Source: Podospora anserina
Taxonomy: Eukaryota
Length of the DNA: 64,000 nucleotides
NCBI GenBank assembly: GCA_017654855.1
Contig: CM030336.1
Span: 3,906,001-3,970,000, forward strand
Reading direction: 5' to 3'
The notes beneath the pieces were generated by a model. It was not told the DNA's origin, made no database searches, and worked only from the letters and a program-made list of their open reading frames with translations. A program made the translations under genes and the position numbers. Numbering within the stretch: position 1 is the first letter of the stretch; every line of letters starts with the position of its first letter. Shown here piece by piece: positions 1 through 14,138 of this stretch.

Positions 1-123
1 TTGACTGCATCCATTTTCCATCAACACCATCGCCCACAACCTACCTCCACACCCGACCGACCCGACGCTCTCTTATCACCACCGTCTCTCTTTTCCCGCA
101 ACCCGCTTATCGGACTGCCCAAC

Positions 124-1450
<1,327 letters not shown>

Positions 1451-2501
1451 TACAAGCCACGGAAGTCGCTTTCCATCGACGACCCGGCCAGGAGAAAGAA
1501 GAATAAGGGCGGGAGACCGTGATGACAGGATGCCAGGATGGTATGGGATGGGATGGGATGGGATGAACAGCGCAGGGATCGGAGTTGGTTTCATTTTTAT
1601 TTTTTTTGCGGTTGTGGCTTTGGTTTGATCAGTTTGTATTTTTGCTGTTTTTGTCGTTTCCGGAGTTGGCACAACACACATCATCATCAATCAGTAATGC
1701 GGCGGATGGAAACTGTACCTTACACGTCCAAAGCAACAAGTTGCGCACAGAGTAGTGTTTTCCTTTTGTAAAGTAATCATGGGATAGCAATCCAGTAGAA
1801 CATATTACTGCATTACTTTTACTTTACTTTACTCGGGAGTGTACTATGCTCCGTACTTCCGTAGTTATGCTGTGCTCCGTGTCATCCATCTGTCTGATGC
1901 TGCGACAGATGCAGCCAAATGCCAAATGCAGAGTGCAGTGCTGGGCAGCAGGGGCTTGGGGGGGGGGGGGGCTGGTCACGTGCCGACCTGAGGGAAAAGT
2001 GCTCCACAGACTGGACGGAAGGGGACTAGTGTGGATAAGCCTCGCGCTGGCTTTTCGTAAACCAGTCCTCGGGGGTTGAGTTTGAACGACGGCCCTCCGC
2101 CATCACTCCTCAGCCCTTCGCAGCCTGCAACAGACAAAAAATAGCCATCGGATGCCGAGTGCCGCCCCAAGTCTGACTTGAAATCCAAAGGGCACCCCTT
2201 TCCCCATCCCGTGCTCCTGTTTTGGATGAATTTGGCCCGTTGAGAGCGCGCCCGTGGTGCAGACGACAAAAACGTTTTGAGAAGAGGCTGCTTGCTGAGG
2301 GTACCGAGTAAGCTGCTTGCTTTGCTGCCGCTTGGTGCTGCTGCTGCTCTCCCTTTCGCGAACAGGAACACGCGAATCGCGCGACAACTTGCAACCCACG
2401 CAGCTAAAAATTCACCCACCTTTTTTTTTGCACACGGCCAACCATCCCACCTCCCGGGGGTCCATCACCACCTCGACGGGTCTACTCATTCCCCGCCAAC
2501 C

Positions 2502-5500
2502 ATGGCTACGCCCGACGTCGCCGCGCCGAGTGTCAACGGCGTCGCAGCTTCGTCGCGTGCAGACTCGCCCGCAGACTCAATTAATTCCTCCACCAAGCGG
2601 AAACGCGATGCGAACGACGACCAGCAGGACCACGACGACAAGAATTCCAAGCCCCAGGTGAACGGCCTCCAAAATTGCCACGATGATCAATCCCTCATTC
2701 GCGACTTTTTTGATGTTTTACAAAGGTATGCGCTCTCTTGCCTTGTATCAATTGCTGTGCCTTCATGACAGCACCGTTGCTTCGCATCTCTGCCCTTGGC
2801 TACCCTGGACCACTGACCTCATTCCCATCAGCCACGACAAGACCACTCCAGCCATCCTCAAGCGCCATCTCCAAGTTCCCGCCCCCGACGGTGAGCCCTC
2901 CCTCAAAAGAGCCAAGTCCGAGGAAGACGAGCCGACCACCATTGCCGACAAGGTGTCACAGGGGGCCTACCGAATTCTCGACGACCTGATGTGCGATCTC
3001 ACCAAGGCGGTCGAAGACCAGGTAAAGGAACTCAAGATTGAAGATGGTGCTGCCAACGAGGACGTCATCAGCCAGACGAAATCCTTCAAAGCCGCGGCTT
3101 TGGAGCTGTACCGACGAGAGCTGTCGTACCCCAAACTGCCCCAATCTTTACCGGCGGTGCGACCTGGCCAAAAGGAAACAGGATCTGAGGGTAGCTTGGT
3201 CTTGTCGACGTTTGGTCAAGCCCCGAATTTAAGGCCACTTTTTACCAGTCTGCAACATCCTGCTTCACCCGATGGAGTCGTCAAGCCCTTGGGAGACGGG
3301 CAGTTGCCTAACGGAGTTACTGCGACCAAGATTCACCCAGACGTGTGTGCGGCCAGCGACAAGAATGCCCGTTCACTGACACTAGGAGAGCTGTTCCCTT
3401 CCCCAAGAAACCTCCCACCTCTGCAACCACCAAAGGCGCCCAAGAACACCACTAAGAGCAATGTTCTTACCTTTTACCACCCCGAGCTTACCGAGAAATC
3501 CAAGTATCGTTCTGGCACTTATTTTTCCCAGCCCCTCTCCACTGGACACTGGCTGGATTACAGCAACGCGACACCGGCCATTCACGCCAAAACCAAGCAG
3601 CGCGAACGAGCCCAGAGCTTGGCAGGGGTCAAGCCTTCCTCAGTTGAGCTGGAACTGTCGGAAATGGAAGCGCTTTTTCGAGGCGCCTTCTCCAGCTTCG
3701 CCCCGAGCAAAGATGACTCGGCTGCGATTGTTCCTTCGAGCCTCATCAGCCGGATTTGGTGGCAGCGGGTTGGTCGACGAAACTTTGAAAAGATGAACGA
3801 GGAGGCGTTCGATGAGAAGGAAGAGGAGAATGCTGTCAATCCCGCTTTGGTAACCGAGATTGACGATGATTTGGTCAAGGAAGCCATTGAGAATTGGGAT
3901 TCTGTGGTTGTTGACCCTACTTTGGATGAGGTACTCGGAAAGAGGTCGGATGGGGAGAAGGAGGTGGAGGACCTTCTCGACGAGGTGACTGACATGATTG
4001 AAACACTATCCTCTTTCCAGCGGAACCGCAACCTGACTGTACCGACCAGTCAAGACCGGTACTCAGCCGACCCCAACAATGGCGATATGCTGCGCAACGG
4101 CAACGCCTCGCAACAGCCAAGTGAGGAGGAAATGATGACGTATGAAACGCTCAAGGCACAGCTTGCCTTGATCATCCAGAGCCTGCCTCCCTACGCCGTC
4201 GCTCGTCTCAACTCGGACAGGTTGGAAGAGCTGGCTGTCAGCACCAAGATTGAGGTTCGGTCGGATGACTACAGGGGTGTCATGGAGGAGGATGAACCAG
4301 CACGCCTTGCGCGACAGGCCGCTCAAGCTGCAACAAACGCCGTCCAGCGCCAGGCGCACAGGACCCCGAGCGTTTCTTCCGCCACATATGGCAACCACCA
4401 ATATCCCGGTCAGTTCCAACCGTCGGCCCGTCCCATCGCCAACGCGCAGCACTTTCCACAAACACCGGTTCGGCCTCAGCAGAACATGTTCCCGCGGGCC
4501 CCGTCTACCGTCCCGATCCCGCAGCCGCATCACCAAGTCCAACCCCGCCAACCGCCCCCTACCCAGTACAGGCCAGCACCGGGGCCGCAAATGTATGCAC
4601 CGCAGCTTGCCAAGGCCCAAGGGCCCTATGGCCATTCTGGTGTTCCTCAGCCCTACGTCAACAGTCCCACGCAGCAACGGATGCCACAACCGCCGCCGCC
4701 ACCTCATTCTAACTATATGGGGCAACAAGGCACCCCTCGCTATCCCCAACAGGGTTACCAGCAAAGCTTTCCCCAGCATCAGCAGATTCACCCCCAGCAT
4801 CAACAGCACCCGCAACATCAGCAGGTGCCACACCACCAGCCGCTGGCTCAACATGCACCGCAGCACCCACATAACCCGCAGCACCCGCCACAACATGGGC
4901 AGCAGGCGCCTTTCCCAGCCTACGCTAATGGCGGACCTATGCAGCGGACTATTTCTCCGCAGATTCCACAACAGAACCCATATGGACAATCGCCAACCCC
5001 ACCGCAACAGCATCAGCAACTACCCCATGGGCGCCCACCTTATGGACCTGGGACTCCTGGGATGCCGCCCAACAACGTGCAGCAGCGCGGGCCTTATCCT
5101 GCCTCGCCAAACATGATGCAAGGGGGCAACAGACCGTCTTCGAGCCTCACTGGCTTTGCAACCGTTATGCCCGAGGTACAACAGCGCCAGGTCATGGAGC
5201 AAGCTCGCGCCAGAGCGGATGCGGAACAGCGTGTGAGTGGACACATGGGCAAGGTTGCTCAAGGCGAAGTTGTGGGCTTGGCAGGGATTGGTCTCGGTGG
5301 GCAGATGGACGTCCATAAGATGGCAGCCGCCAACAAGATGCAAATAGGCAACAACGGGGCGTCACCAGGGCCCAAGATGGCCATGCACCAACCAAGTCCG
5401 ACGCCTCCCATGAATGGCACACAGACACCGGTGCCCGTACCGCATGTTCCCAGCCCGATGCAGGGCGTTGTTCCAACCCCGAGCCCCGGACCTCAGGGGC

Positions 5501-5526
5501 CCTTTGTCAAGCCGGCCATGCCTTGA
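2502..5526 (+). CDS. Conserved fungal nuclear protein with Rsc58/BRD7-BRD9-like motifs and a Q/P/H-rich low-complexity C-terminus; intron 2726-2831
   Basis: Starts MATPDVAAPS with a KRKR basic patch. A GTATGC...CTGAC...CAG intron joins it to the 947-aa ORF. Motifs WLDYS, FSSFAPSKDD...IWWQRVG and PSEEEMMTYETLKAQL resemble Rsc58/BRD7 (from memory). The gene is confident; the function is inferred. Confidence 0.8.
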
Positions 5527-6832
5527 AAGTGTTCACCAAGGGTATAAACAATCGAAAGAAGTATATGCCTCTATCCACATGGAAACAAAGCATTTGATGG
5601 ATGGGTTCCCAGAAGTGGTGTATAAAAGGGGAAAGCGAGAGAGAGAGAGAACGTTCTCAATGATGTAATGGATGGATGGATGGATGGATGGGAAATAGAT
5701 AACCACGAGGAAAGATGGGGCTCGGAGAACGGGAAGTGTAATATCATATTCTTATTTTCTGTTTCTTTTCGTAGGGAGGGGCAGGAAAGCGACAGGCAGG
5801 AAAGGTTTTTTTCAAGTCGGAACAATATCGGGCTTTTCTTGTGTGCTTTTCTTCTCACCTTGATTTTGTTTCTGTTAGCGGACAGGGCAAGAGGCAGCGG
5901 CGTTTTGGAAAAAAGACTTTTGAGCTGTTCATGAGCGGAAACTGGCACTGCCTTGGTTCAAAAGGGAGGGTGGTTTGTTTTATCTAAAGACAGTGCATTA
6001 TTATCTATGATACTTTTTAAAGGGCGTAGTTGCTGGATGTATGGGTGGTAAGATCTTTTGTTGCTTGAGTTGAATTGCCCAATCAAAAGCTGTCTAATAA
6101 ACCAACTTACAACTTGGGCAGTTGAACAGATGCCAAAGAATTGAGTCTATCTGGCACATGTCCTGAAAGACTCCAACATGATGAGTCAAAATATCTATCC
6201 CACCAATGGCGTGCTCCTTGCCAATGTTCGCGTTGAACGCCTCTCAAAATCTGGAATGCCAGTCCTTGATATCGTGAAATCGGATACATGCATACATCTG
6301 CGTTGTCCCCTGCTCGAGACTGCCTTTTATATTTCCACCACCTCAATGAACCCTTCAACATGTCGAAACCCCACTCCCCAAAACATTCCAGCTTCGAATC
6401 TTTATTTTATCCTTCATTGATCAATCTGTTACCTCCAGGACAACACCAACAGCCATATCTTCGTCAACCAGTGTTATGCATCTACCCCGATATTGAAACC
6501 CCAAAGCACGCCATCAGCCCCCTGTCCTCGCCTGCCAGTTCAGGTTCCCCACACTCTCTCTCACTCAGGTCCTCCACAGTTCGTTTACCCCAAGGTACAG
6601 AATAGATACAACGACCCCACACCCCACCACCACGTCTTATAAACGGCCACGAACCCGAGACCGGCCCTTTTTTATTTTCTGGGAAAGATAACACACACCC
6701 ATTGTGATTTTTGCAGGGCCGGACGGTTGTCGTTGTTGTCGTTGTTGTTGTCGTTGTTGTTGTCGTTGTTGAGAGCCTCTTCTTCTTTTTTTCTTTTCTT
6801 CTCCTTTTCCAACAAATTCAGACTTCATAAAG

Positions 6833-7841
6833 ATGGCCGCCCCAACAACCCCCCAAGACCTCGCCCTCCCCGAACCTGCCCCCTCAAGCGGCGGCGCATC
6901 CCAGACATTCAAAGATTTGTTTTCCGGCGCAGCAGGCGGAATCGCTCAGGTCCTGATCGGTAATGAACCCCCCTTCATAATTCAACAACTCTTTTTCTAT
7001 CCATCCCCGTACTAACCTGTTGTTGTTTACTCAAGGCCAACCCTTCGACATAGTCAAAGTCCGCCTCCAAACCTCCACCCTCTACCCCTCCGCCCTCGCC
7101 GCCGCAACCTCAATCTACACGACCGAAGGCCCCCTAGCCTTCTACAAAGGAACCCTCACCCCCCTCCTCGGCATCGGCGCCTGCGTCTCAATCCAGTTCG
7201 GCGCCTTCCACTACGCCCGCCGCCACCTCGAATCCTCCCTCCCCCCCTCCCAATCCCAACTCTCATACTCCCAATACTATTCCGCCGGCGCCTTCGCCGG
7301 AGTAGCAAACTCCGTCCTCTCCGGCCCCATCGAACACGTCCGCATCCGCCTGCAAACCCAACCCCACGGCCCGGCACGTCTCTACTCCGGCCCGCTCGAC
7401 TGCGTCAGACAGCTCGTCCGCCAGGGGGGGGTTACCCACGGCCTCTACCGCGGACAGGCGGTCACTTTGATCAGAGAAGCGCAGGCGTACGGGCTGTGGT
7501 TCTTGTCGTTTGAGTGGCTCATGAATTCGGACGCGAAGCGCAACAGGGTCGACCGTAAGGAAATCCCGAGCTGGAAGGTGGCGCTGTATGGTGGGCTTGC
7601 CGGGGAGGCGTTGTGGTTGGGGAGTTACCCGTTTGATGTCGTCAAGTCAAAGATGCAGACCGACGGGTTTGGACAGGGGCAGCAGAGATATAGGAATATG
7701 AGGCATTGTTTCGCGCAGGTTTGGAGGCAGGAGGGGATGAGGGGGTTTTGGAAGGGCTTGGGGCCGACGCTGCTGAGGGCCATGCCTGTCAGTGCGGGGA
7801 CGTTTGCCGTGGTGGAGATGACGATGAGGGCTATTAACTAG
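6833..7841 (+). CDS. Mitochondrial carrier family protein (YMC1/YMC2 or carnitine-acylcarnitine-like); intron 6960-7035
   Basis: Three carrier signature motifs: PFDIVKVRLQ, PIEHVRIRLQ, PFDVVKSKMQ. Also FYKGTLTPLLGIGACVSIQF and GFWKGLGPTLLRAMP. Confidence 0.95.
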
Positions 7842-8059
7842 ATGAAAGACAAGAGGAGAGGGGAGTGATGGGAATGCTCCTCAACGGGCTCGGATCCACC
7901 ACGTCAAGGAGTTGGGGAGTCTTCAACGAAAGCGAATGTATTGCATGTTGGTCGGGATATTGTACACCAAAGGGTCGGATGATATCCATTTGATTTTTAT
8001 TTTTCCCCCCCCTTCTCTAGATTTCTAGCCAAATGAAGCGATTTGTTCTTCTTCTATTC

Positions 8060-10470
8060 CTACTCGGCATTCTCAACCCTCCTCCCCAAAATCTGCCTCG
8101 CATTCGCAGCCGTCAAGCCCCCATCCGCAACCCCGACCTCCTCCAGCATCTTCTTCGCCTCGGTATTGTCTGTGTAAACCATGTCTGTGGCCTTCTTCAA
8201 CGTCATTCCTTCTCCCTCGAGCGGCAAATTCAACAACCTGACCGCATCACTCAGGCTCCCCAAGGCACTCGACCCATCGGGGATATACCTCTCCACCACC
8301 CCCTCAATCGCGGCCAGATCCCTCGCAAACTGTGCTGCGCCTGAAGCGGTGAACTTGTGCGACATTAGCACCTCCGTCCAGAGAATATCATTCAGCTTCT
8401 CCAGCGCCTGCCGCCAAACCCTGCGGAAGGGAGCGGTCCCCAGTGCCCGGGAGAGGAAGTCGAGGTCTCGTTTGAGGATACGGAGTGGTTCATCTAGTTC
8501 GGCCGTGATGGCTAGATTATCAACCTCGTCCGAGATGGTGGTCCACTGTGCGCGGTGGAGGTAGGCTCTGAAGATTTTGTGGTGGGAGCTGGCTAGTGCT
8601 TCCGACAAGAGCTTTTGGGCGGTTTGCCTTCTCGCGCTGTAGGCGGCGATGGTCTCGTCAAAGAGGACGCCATTGTCATTGTCTTCTGTGCCGACAACAG
8701 CCGAGGTGCGGTTCCGGACGTGGTCGTAGCTCATGCCGCCGGCGAGGTTGCTTTGGTCTTCGGTAACCTTGGCGCGGCTTTGGAGTTGTTCCCACATGGT
8801 GATGAAGAACTTTTTGCCTGTTAGCTTTTTTCGGGGGTGAAAAAAAGAAAAAGAAAAAAAAAAGGAGGGGGAAAGAATACCTCTTCGTTGCTCCAATCTT
8901 TCAGCGCATTCACCACATGATCCGCACTCCCATAGACCTTACACAACGTCTCCAAAGCCCCCGTCCCCTCCAATGCAGCAATCTGCTCCTTCGTCACCCC
9001 AAACGCCCTCCCTACCGTAGACGTAATGCTCAAATACGCCTCCAGCGTCCCCCTCAAGTAGTCATGATACTCATCCAGAATAGTAAGCTGGATATCAATC
9101 AGAAACCTCAACTTGTGCGAAAACCTCCTCACCCTCTCATACTGCGTCGTGACGCTCTTCAGCAAATCCGTCACCCTCACCGCCGCAAACGTCGGCTTCG
9201 TCTTCCCCACCCCAGCAAAATCATAGTCGATCATCCTCGCATCCTGAGTCTTCATGATACCCTGGTATCTCTCGAGCGCAAACTGTTTTTCGGCTTCCAA
9301 CCAAGTTCTAAAGTGATCTTGCAGGACTTCCGAAGTCAAACCCCCCCATCCCTCCTCCACATCATCATCCCCCCCATCATACGCGAACCCTCCCCTCAAC
9401 GTCTCATCAAAACTCATGAGCTGCCCCATCAAGCTGCTCAAAAACGCCGCATCCCCCCTCGTAGCCTCAAGCGTATCCCTCACCTTCTCCCTCACCACCG
9501 GCAACATGGCCGTAATAAACCCACACACCGGATCCATATACACCATCCTTTCCCCCACCCCCGTCTCGGCAAACCTCGCCGCCAACACCCCGCCAAAATT
9601 ATCCCTCAGGAAATCCTCCCATTTCTCCAGCAAGGCAGTAAACCAAGGGAAACAATGCGCCCCAATCGCCTGCGGCGCACTGGTGGGTTTATCACTCATA
9701 AAATGAAACCTAAACTCCTTGACAAATATCTGGGCCATTACCTCAAACGGTAAAAGGGTAACCACCGTCGGTGAGTAGAGAACTTCAGGTACCTGAAGAT
9801 CAATCAGCTTCTCAAAACAGCCAAGCCATTCCTCATCCACTTCTGCATTGTCGGGATCAACGTTGGGCCATTTCCTAGCTTTGAGAACCGCTTCCAGCTC
9901 GGCGGACATGGTGGCTTTCATCTCGTCCCATAACGTCTCTGTGACCCCCTCGACAAAGTTAACCAGATGCACCGCTGCCCCGTCTGCATTGTTTTGCAGC
10001 TCCTTGAGTCTAAGACAGAGCTGCTTGAGCTTGGTGTACGGCTCCAACGCCTGCTTGGGAGACTCGGGGAGGTGCGATCGGGCTTCCTGGCGGAGTTTGG
10101 CCACGTCTTGGAGGAGGAGGAGGTATTTGTAGGCTAGGTCCACCTTGCGGAGCTGTCCCATCGGTGCCTCGAGGCGTTTGATTGCTTCGTCGGGGGCGTC
10201 GGAGGAGGCGATGATCTGGAGGCGGACGTCGATGGAGGATTGGAGGCTTTGGAACTCGTCTATTTGGGCCATGAGGGCGTTTTGGCGGTCGGATTCCGAC
10301 TGCCTAGCCTGGGCGAGGGCGGCGGTGGCGTCGTCGAGTTGGGATTGGAGCTGGGAGCGTTGGTGTTCAACCGAGGAGAGGAGGGTGTCGAGGTGATCGA
10401 AGTCGGTGGTGGATTGGAGCTTGTCGTCGAGGTAGTCCTCGAGGCGGATGTCGTGTTCCATGGTCGTCAT
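8060..10470 (-). CDS. tip20: RINT-1/TIP20 family Dsl1 tethering complex subunit; intron 8810-8880
   Basis: N-terminal coiled coil (DYLDDKLQ...), FRFHFMSDKPTS, LKDWSNEE|FFITMW and HKFTASGAAQFARDL are typical of RINT-1/TIP20. The two ORFs join in frame via a GTATTC...CTAAC...AAG intron. Confidence 0.9.
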
Positions 10471-10893
10471 GGTTGCTGGAAGAGATGTCAGAGCTGTCGT
10501 CGTTATAGAGGGATGTTAGGTTGGGTAGGAAAGTGAGAAGCTCAAGGCTGTTCAGGGTGACATGTCCTGAGCTTGGATGGCAGGTGGGGAGGTGGAGCTT
10601 GGTGATGTGGTCGCAGCTCCCAACGGTGGGCGTATTTTACACCGTTTACGAAATCTGGCGTAATTACATCCGATAATGCCCCGCCGTGACGACATTAATT
10701 ACCATTTGCCGGCCGGGATTTTCGAGGCCGAGAACTTAGAACTTCCCCCGAAGCTGCCGTCCGAAAATAAAATCTTGGGATTTCTCCCTGGACCCTGTTT
10801 TCCGTTTTTCTCTAGGTCCGAGGGCTACTCGGCAGCACATATCCCACCACCATTCCAATTGGCTCCTCAGTCAATCCCCTCAATGGCCCCAAC

Positions 10894-12231
10894 ATGAGGC
10901 CCATTCTCCCCCATCTCGGCTTCGCTACCCGCAGCATCAGCACATCCCTCGCCCAGGTCCCACGACGACCCCTCCTTGCGCAGGGTCGCAACCCCCGGCC
11001 TCATCGTGGGATTCAAACCACTCCCTCCCTGCTCCGCGCAGACGGCGGCGAACCCAAGACGCCCACCAAACCAACTCCCAAGGAAGACAAAGCCCAAGAT
11101 GAAAGATCAGACAAGCCCAACAACCACCAGCAGCAAAAGCGCCGCAAGCCCCCCCTCCGCAACTCCCTCCACCGCGTGGCCATCGTAGCCCAAAAAGGCA
11201 AACCCATCCCCCAACCAACCCCCTCCGAAAAAGCCCCCGACGCAGCAGAAGGCTCCTCCACCATCTCGGCCGTCTGCGTAGCCGACTCGTTCGACATGGA
11301 AAAAGTAGTCGATATCCTGTCTAGTCACAACTTCACCCTCGACCCTGACAACTCGGGCTTTGAACTCTCCGAAGTCGTCCACGCCCGCGGTCTCAACAAC
11401 GGGGATATCTTTGTCTTCCCCTCAGGAACGGTGGTCACCTGGGCGCTCCCCCCTGACGTGGTCAACACTCTCGCGACGAAACATTTGCTACCAGCAGCGG
11501 AACAGCCTTTTGTCGAAAACAAAGAGGTGGAAGACCTCGAGTTCGTCGCCGACCCAGAGGCAGAGGAGTCAAGGGTGAATGGAGACGTAGTAGTCCTCGG
11601 CACAAGAAGGGAACTCGAATCCGGCGAGGGGCTCGACACAACCCTGGCCAAAATCGCCTTTTCATCCGGCCTGGCAAGGAGCACCAAGCTGGCGGTGCTG
11701 GAGTCCTCCCTGACCCGCTACCTCGAAAGCACTCGCCACATCCCCGACCGGCTCTCCCAGGGGCTCCGCGCCCCGCTGTCGAGAGATTTAATCCTCAAAA
11801 AGGCGGGCGAGCTGTTGAACTTGAGGAGTCAGCTGAATCACTACAACGACCTGACGGACTCCCTGCCGGATATCTTTTGGGATACCGAGGAGAAGCTGGA
11901 GACGTATTACGCCAAGATTGGGAAGGCGCTGGATGTGGGGGTGAGGATCAAGACGTTGAATGACAAGATGACGTATGCGCAGGAGGTGATCAATATGACG
12001 CAGGGGGTGTTGGATATCAGCGAGAAGATGTCTAGCGAGGCGCACAGTACGAGGTTGGAGTGGATTATTATAATACTGATTGCGATTGAGGTTGGGTTTG
12101 AGCTGAGGAGGTTGTATATGGAGAGGGGGGAGGACAAGTTTGAGGAGAGGGTTTTGGAGGAGGTGAGGGGGTTGAGGGAGGAGGTCAGGGGTTTGAAGGG
12201 GGGTGGGAAGGGGGCGGCGGCGGCGGCGTGA
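10894..12231 (+). CDS. RMD1/Sif2/RMND1 family (DUF155) protein, probably mitochondrial (MRX10-like)
   Basis: Arg-rich presequence-like N-terminus. DIFVFPSGTVVTW, AKIAFSSGLARSTKLAVLE, ALDVGVRIKTLNDK and C-terminal TM segment STRLEWIIIILIAIEV. Confidence 0.92.
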   Translation: MRPILPHLGFATRSISTSLAQVPRRPLLAQGRNPRPHRGIQTTPSLLRADGGEPKTPTKPTPKEDKAQDERSDKPNNHQQQKRRKPPLRNSLHRVAIVAQKGKPIPQPTPSEKAPDAAEGSSTISAVCVADSFDMEKVVDILSSHNFTLDPDNSGFELSEVVHARGLNNGDIFVFPSGTVVTWALPPDVVNTLATKHLLPAAEQPFVENKEVEDLEFVADPEAEESRVNGDVVVLGTRRELESGEGLDTTLAKIAFSSGLARSTKLAVLESSLTRYLESTRHIPDRLSQGLRAPLSRDLILKKAGELLNLRSQLNHYNDLTDSLPDIFWDTEEKLETYYAKIGKALDVGVRIKTLNDKMTYAQEVINMTQGVLDISEKMSSEAHSTRLEWIIIILIAIEVGFELRRLYMERGEDKFEERVLEEVRGLREEVRGLKGGGKGAAAAA

Positions 12232-12729
12232 GATTGGAAGGTTTTATATACAAGTTTTTACACAACTACTGTTTAGACATGATACCCAGCTCTTTTTACA
12301 AATTCTATTTTCTGGCTCAAAATGATTTGACGGAGAAGTATGATGCCCAGTGGTTGATGATAAGCAAGGTGTGGTTTGTCGGGTCTCCATAGACATGTCA
12401 TACATAATCACATGAACCATAGAACAGAATCTGTTGAACAGAAAAAAAAACGAAAAAAAACTTGTAGTCGCTCGCTATATTGGTATTTGTATCTGTTATC
12501 CTCCCACCTCACCTGAAAAGAAACCCCTTTCTGTCCCTAATCAACATAGCTCTGTCCCGTAGTAGAGCTCCTGACCCATTTCCTGGTTGAAAACGCACTA
12601 CTCCCAAATCATCAACTAGGAAACCCGCTATCCCTTCCCTGAGTGGAACAAACATCAAGAAACCTAAACCTGGCCATCATTACACCCCTCCCCTCCCCTC
12701 CATTTCACTCTCCCCCTTCTCAGACATCA

Positions 12730-14138
12730 TCATCGCCGACTCTCCCCTCCGCTCCAAAGCCCCTTGCTCAACTCAACAACCCTGTTCGCCTCACTCCCCG
12801 GCCTCAAACTAGCCGGCACCCCCACCAAAGGAGCATCCTCCATGCTAACATCCCCATCCTCCTGCTGCTGCTGCGACCCCCCACTCACAAACCCACTATC
12901 CCTCCCACCACTCCCGGTCGTCGAACCCCCCATCCCCGAAATCCCACTATCATCCCTCCCTCCCCCAACTCCAACCCCCCCCGCCGGCGGTATCCCCCTC
13001 TGCGCCTGCAGCCCCCCCCGTCCCGGCTCACCACTCCTCCCCCCGTTCATCCCCCCCCCATTCTGCCCCTCCCTCAACTTGTTAATCGCCCTCACCGTAT
13101 CGATAGCAGCATGCAACGTCCTCCTCGCATTGAAATTCTTCTTCACCGTCGGCAGCAGATTAGCCCCCTTATCCCCCTCCCCATCCTGCCCCTCCCCACC
13201 ACCACCATTCTTGTTCAGCCACCCGGCCACAAAAGGATGCTGCAACGCCTCATGCGCCGTCATCCTCTTCCCCGGATCAATAGTCAAACACCTCCTGATA
13301 AAGTCCTTTGCACTCTCGCTCACCCCCCTCCAGTACTCCAACGGCGTAAAGCTGTAATCCGCATTCAGAATCGCCTGCATCTCCTCAAAGTCGCTGTCCC
13401 GATCAAACGGCGTGTACCCGCACAGCAAAAAGTACGTAATCACCCCCAGCGCCCAGAGATCAACCGGCTTGCCGTGGCCCGTCTTTTTGAAAATCTCGGG
13501 CGCCATGTACCCCGGCGTGCCGCAGGTGGTCGTCAAGACGTGGAACTGCTCCTCGTCCATGATGCGAGAGAGGCCGAAATCCGCAATGAGCAGGTCGGCG
13601 TTGTCCTCGGGGGTGCGGAAGAGGAGGTTCTCCGGCTTGAGGTCGCGGTGGACGATGCCGTGGTCGTGGAGGTAGGCTATCGCCGAGAGCGTCGCGCGGA
13701 TGAGGTCGGCGGCGTCGGATTCGTAGTAGGAGCCTTTGCGGCAGATGCGCTCAAAGAGCTCGCCGCCGAGGGCGAGGTCGGTTACGAGGTAGAGGTTGTT
13801 CATTGTTTCAAAGTAGTCGACGAGGGTGAGGATGTTTTGGTGGCCCATGGAGACTTTGCGGAGGACGGCGATTTCGTTGCGGACCTGTTCATTTCCCCCA
13901 AGGTTAGAGCAGACACTTGGGGTGGTTGTCAAAGAGGAGGAGGGGGGGGGCAACATACCATGTGCTCACGTCCAGCCATCAGCCTCTTGTTAATCACCTT
14001 GGCGGCGTAGTACCTACCGGTATCAATGTGCACGCACTCCTTCACGACCGAGTAAGACCCCGCGCCGAGGGTCTTGCCGACTTTGTATTGGCATGGTTGG
14101 ATGTTGGGTTGGGCAGGTCGGCCGCCGGGGGTGGCCAT
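12730..14138 (-). CDS. cmkB: Calcium/calmodulin-dependent protein kinase (CmkB / CAMK-2 type); intron 13885-13958
   Basis: Kinase motifs LGAGSYSVVK, YYAAK, HRDLKPEN, DFG and TTCGTPGYMAPE. CaM-binding segment FNARRTLHAAIDTVRAINKL. Closely resembles Aspergillus CmkB as I recall it. Confidence 0.95.
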
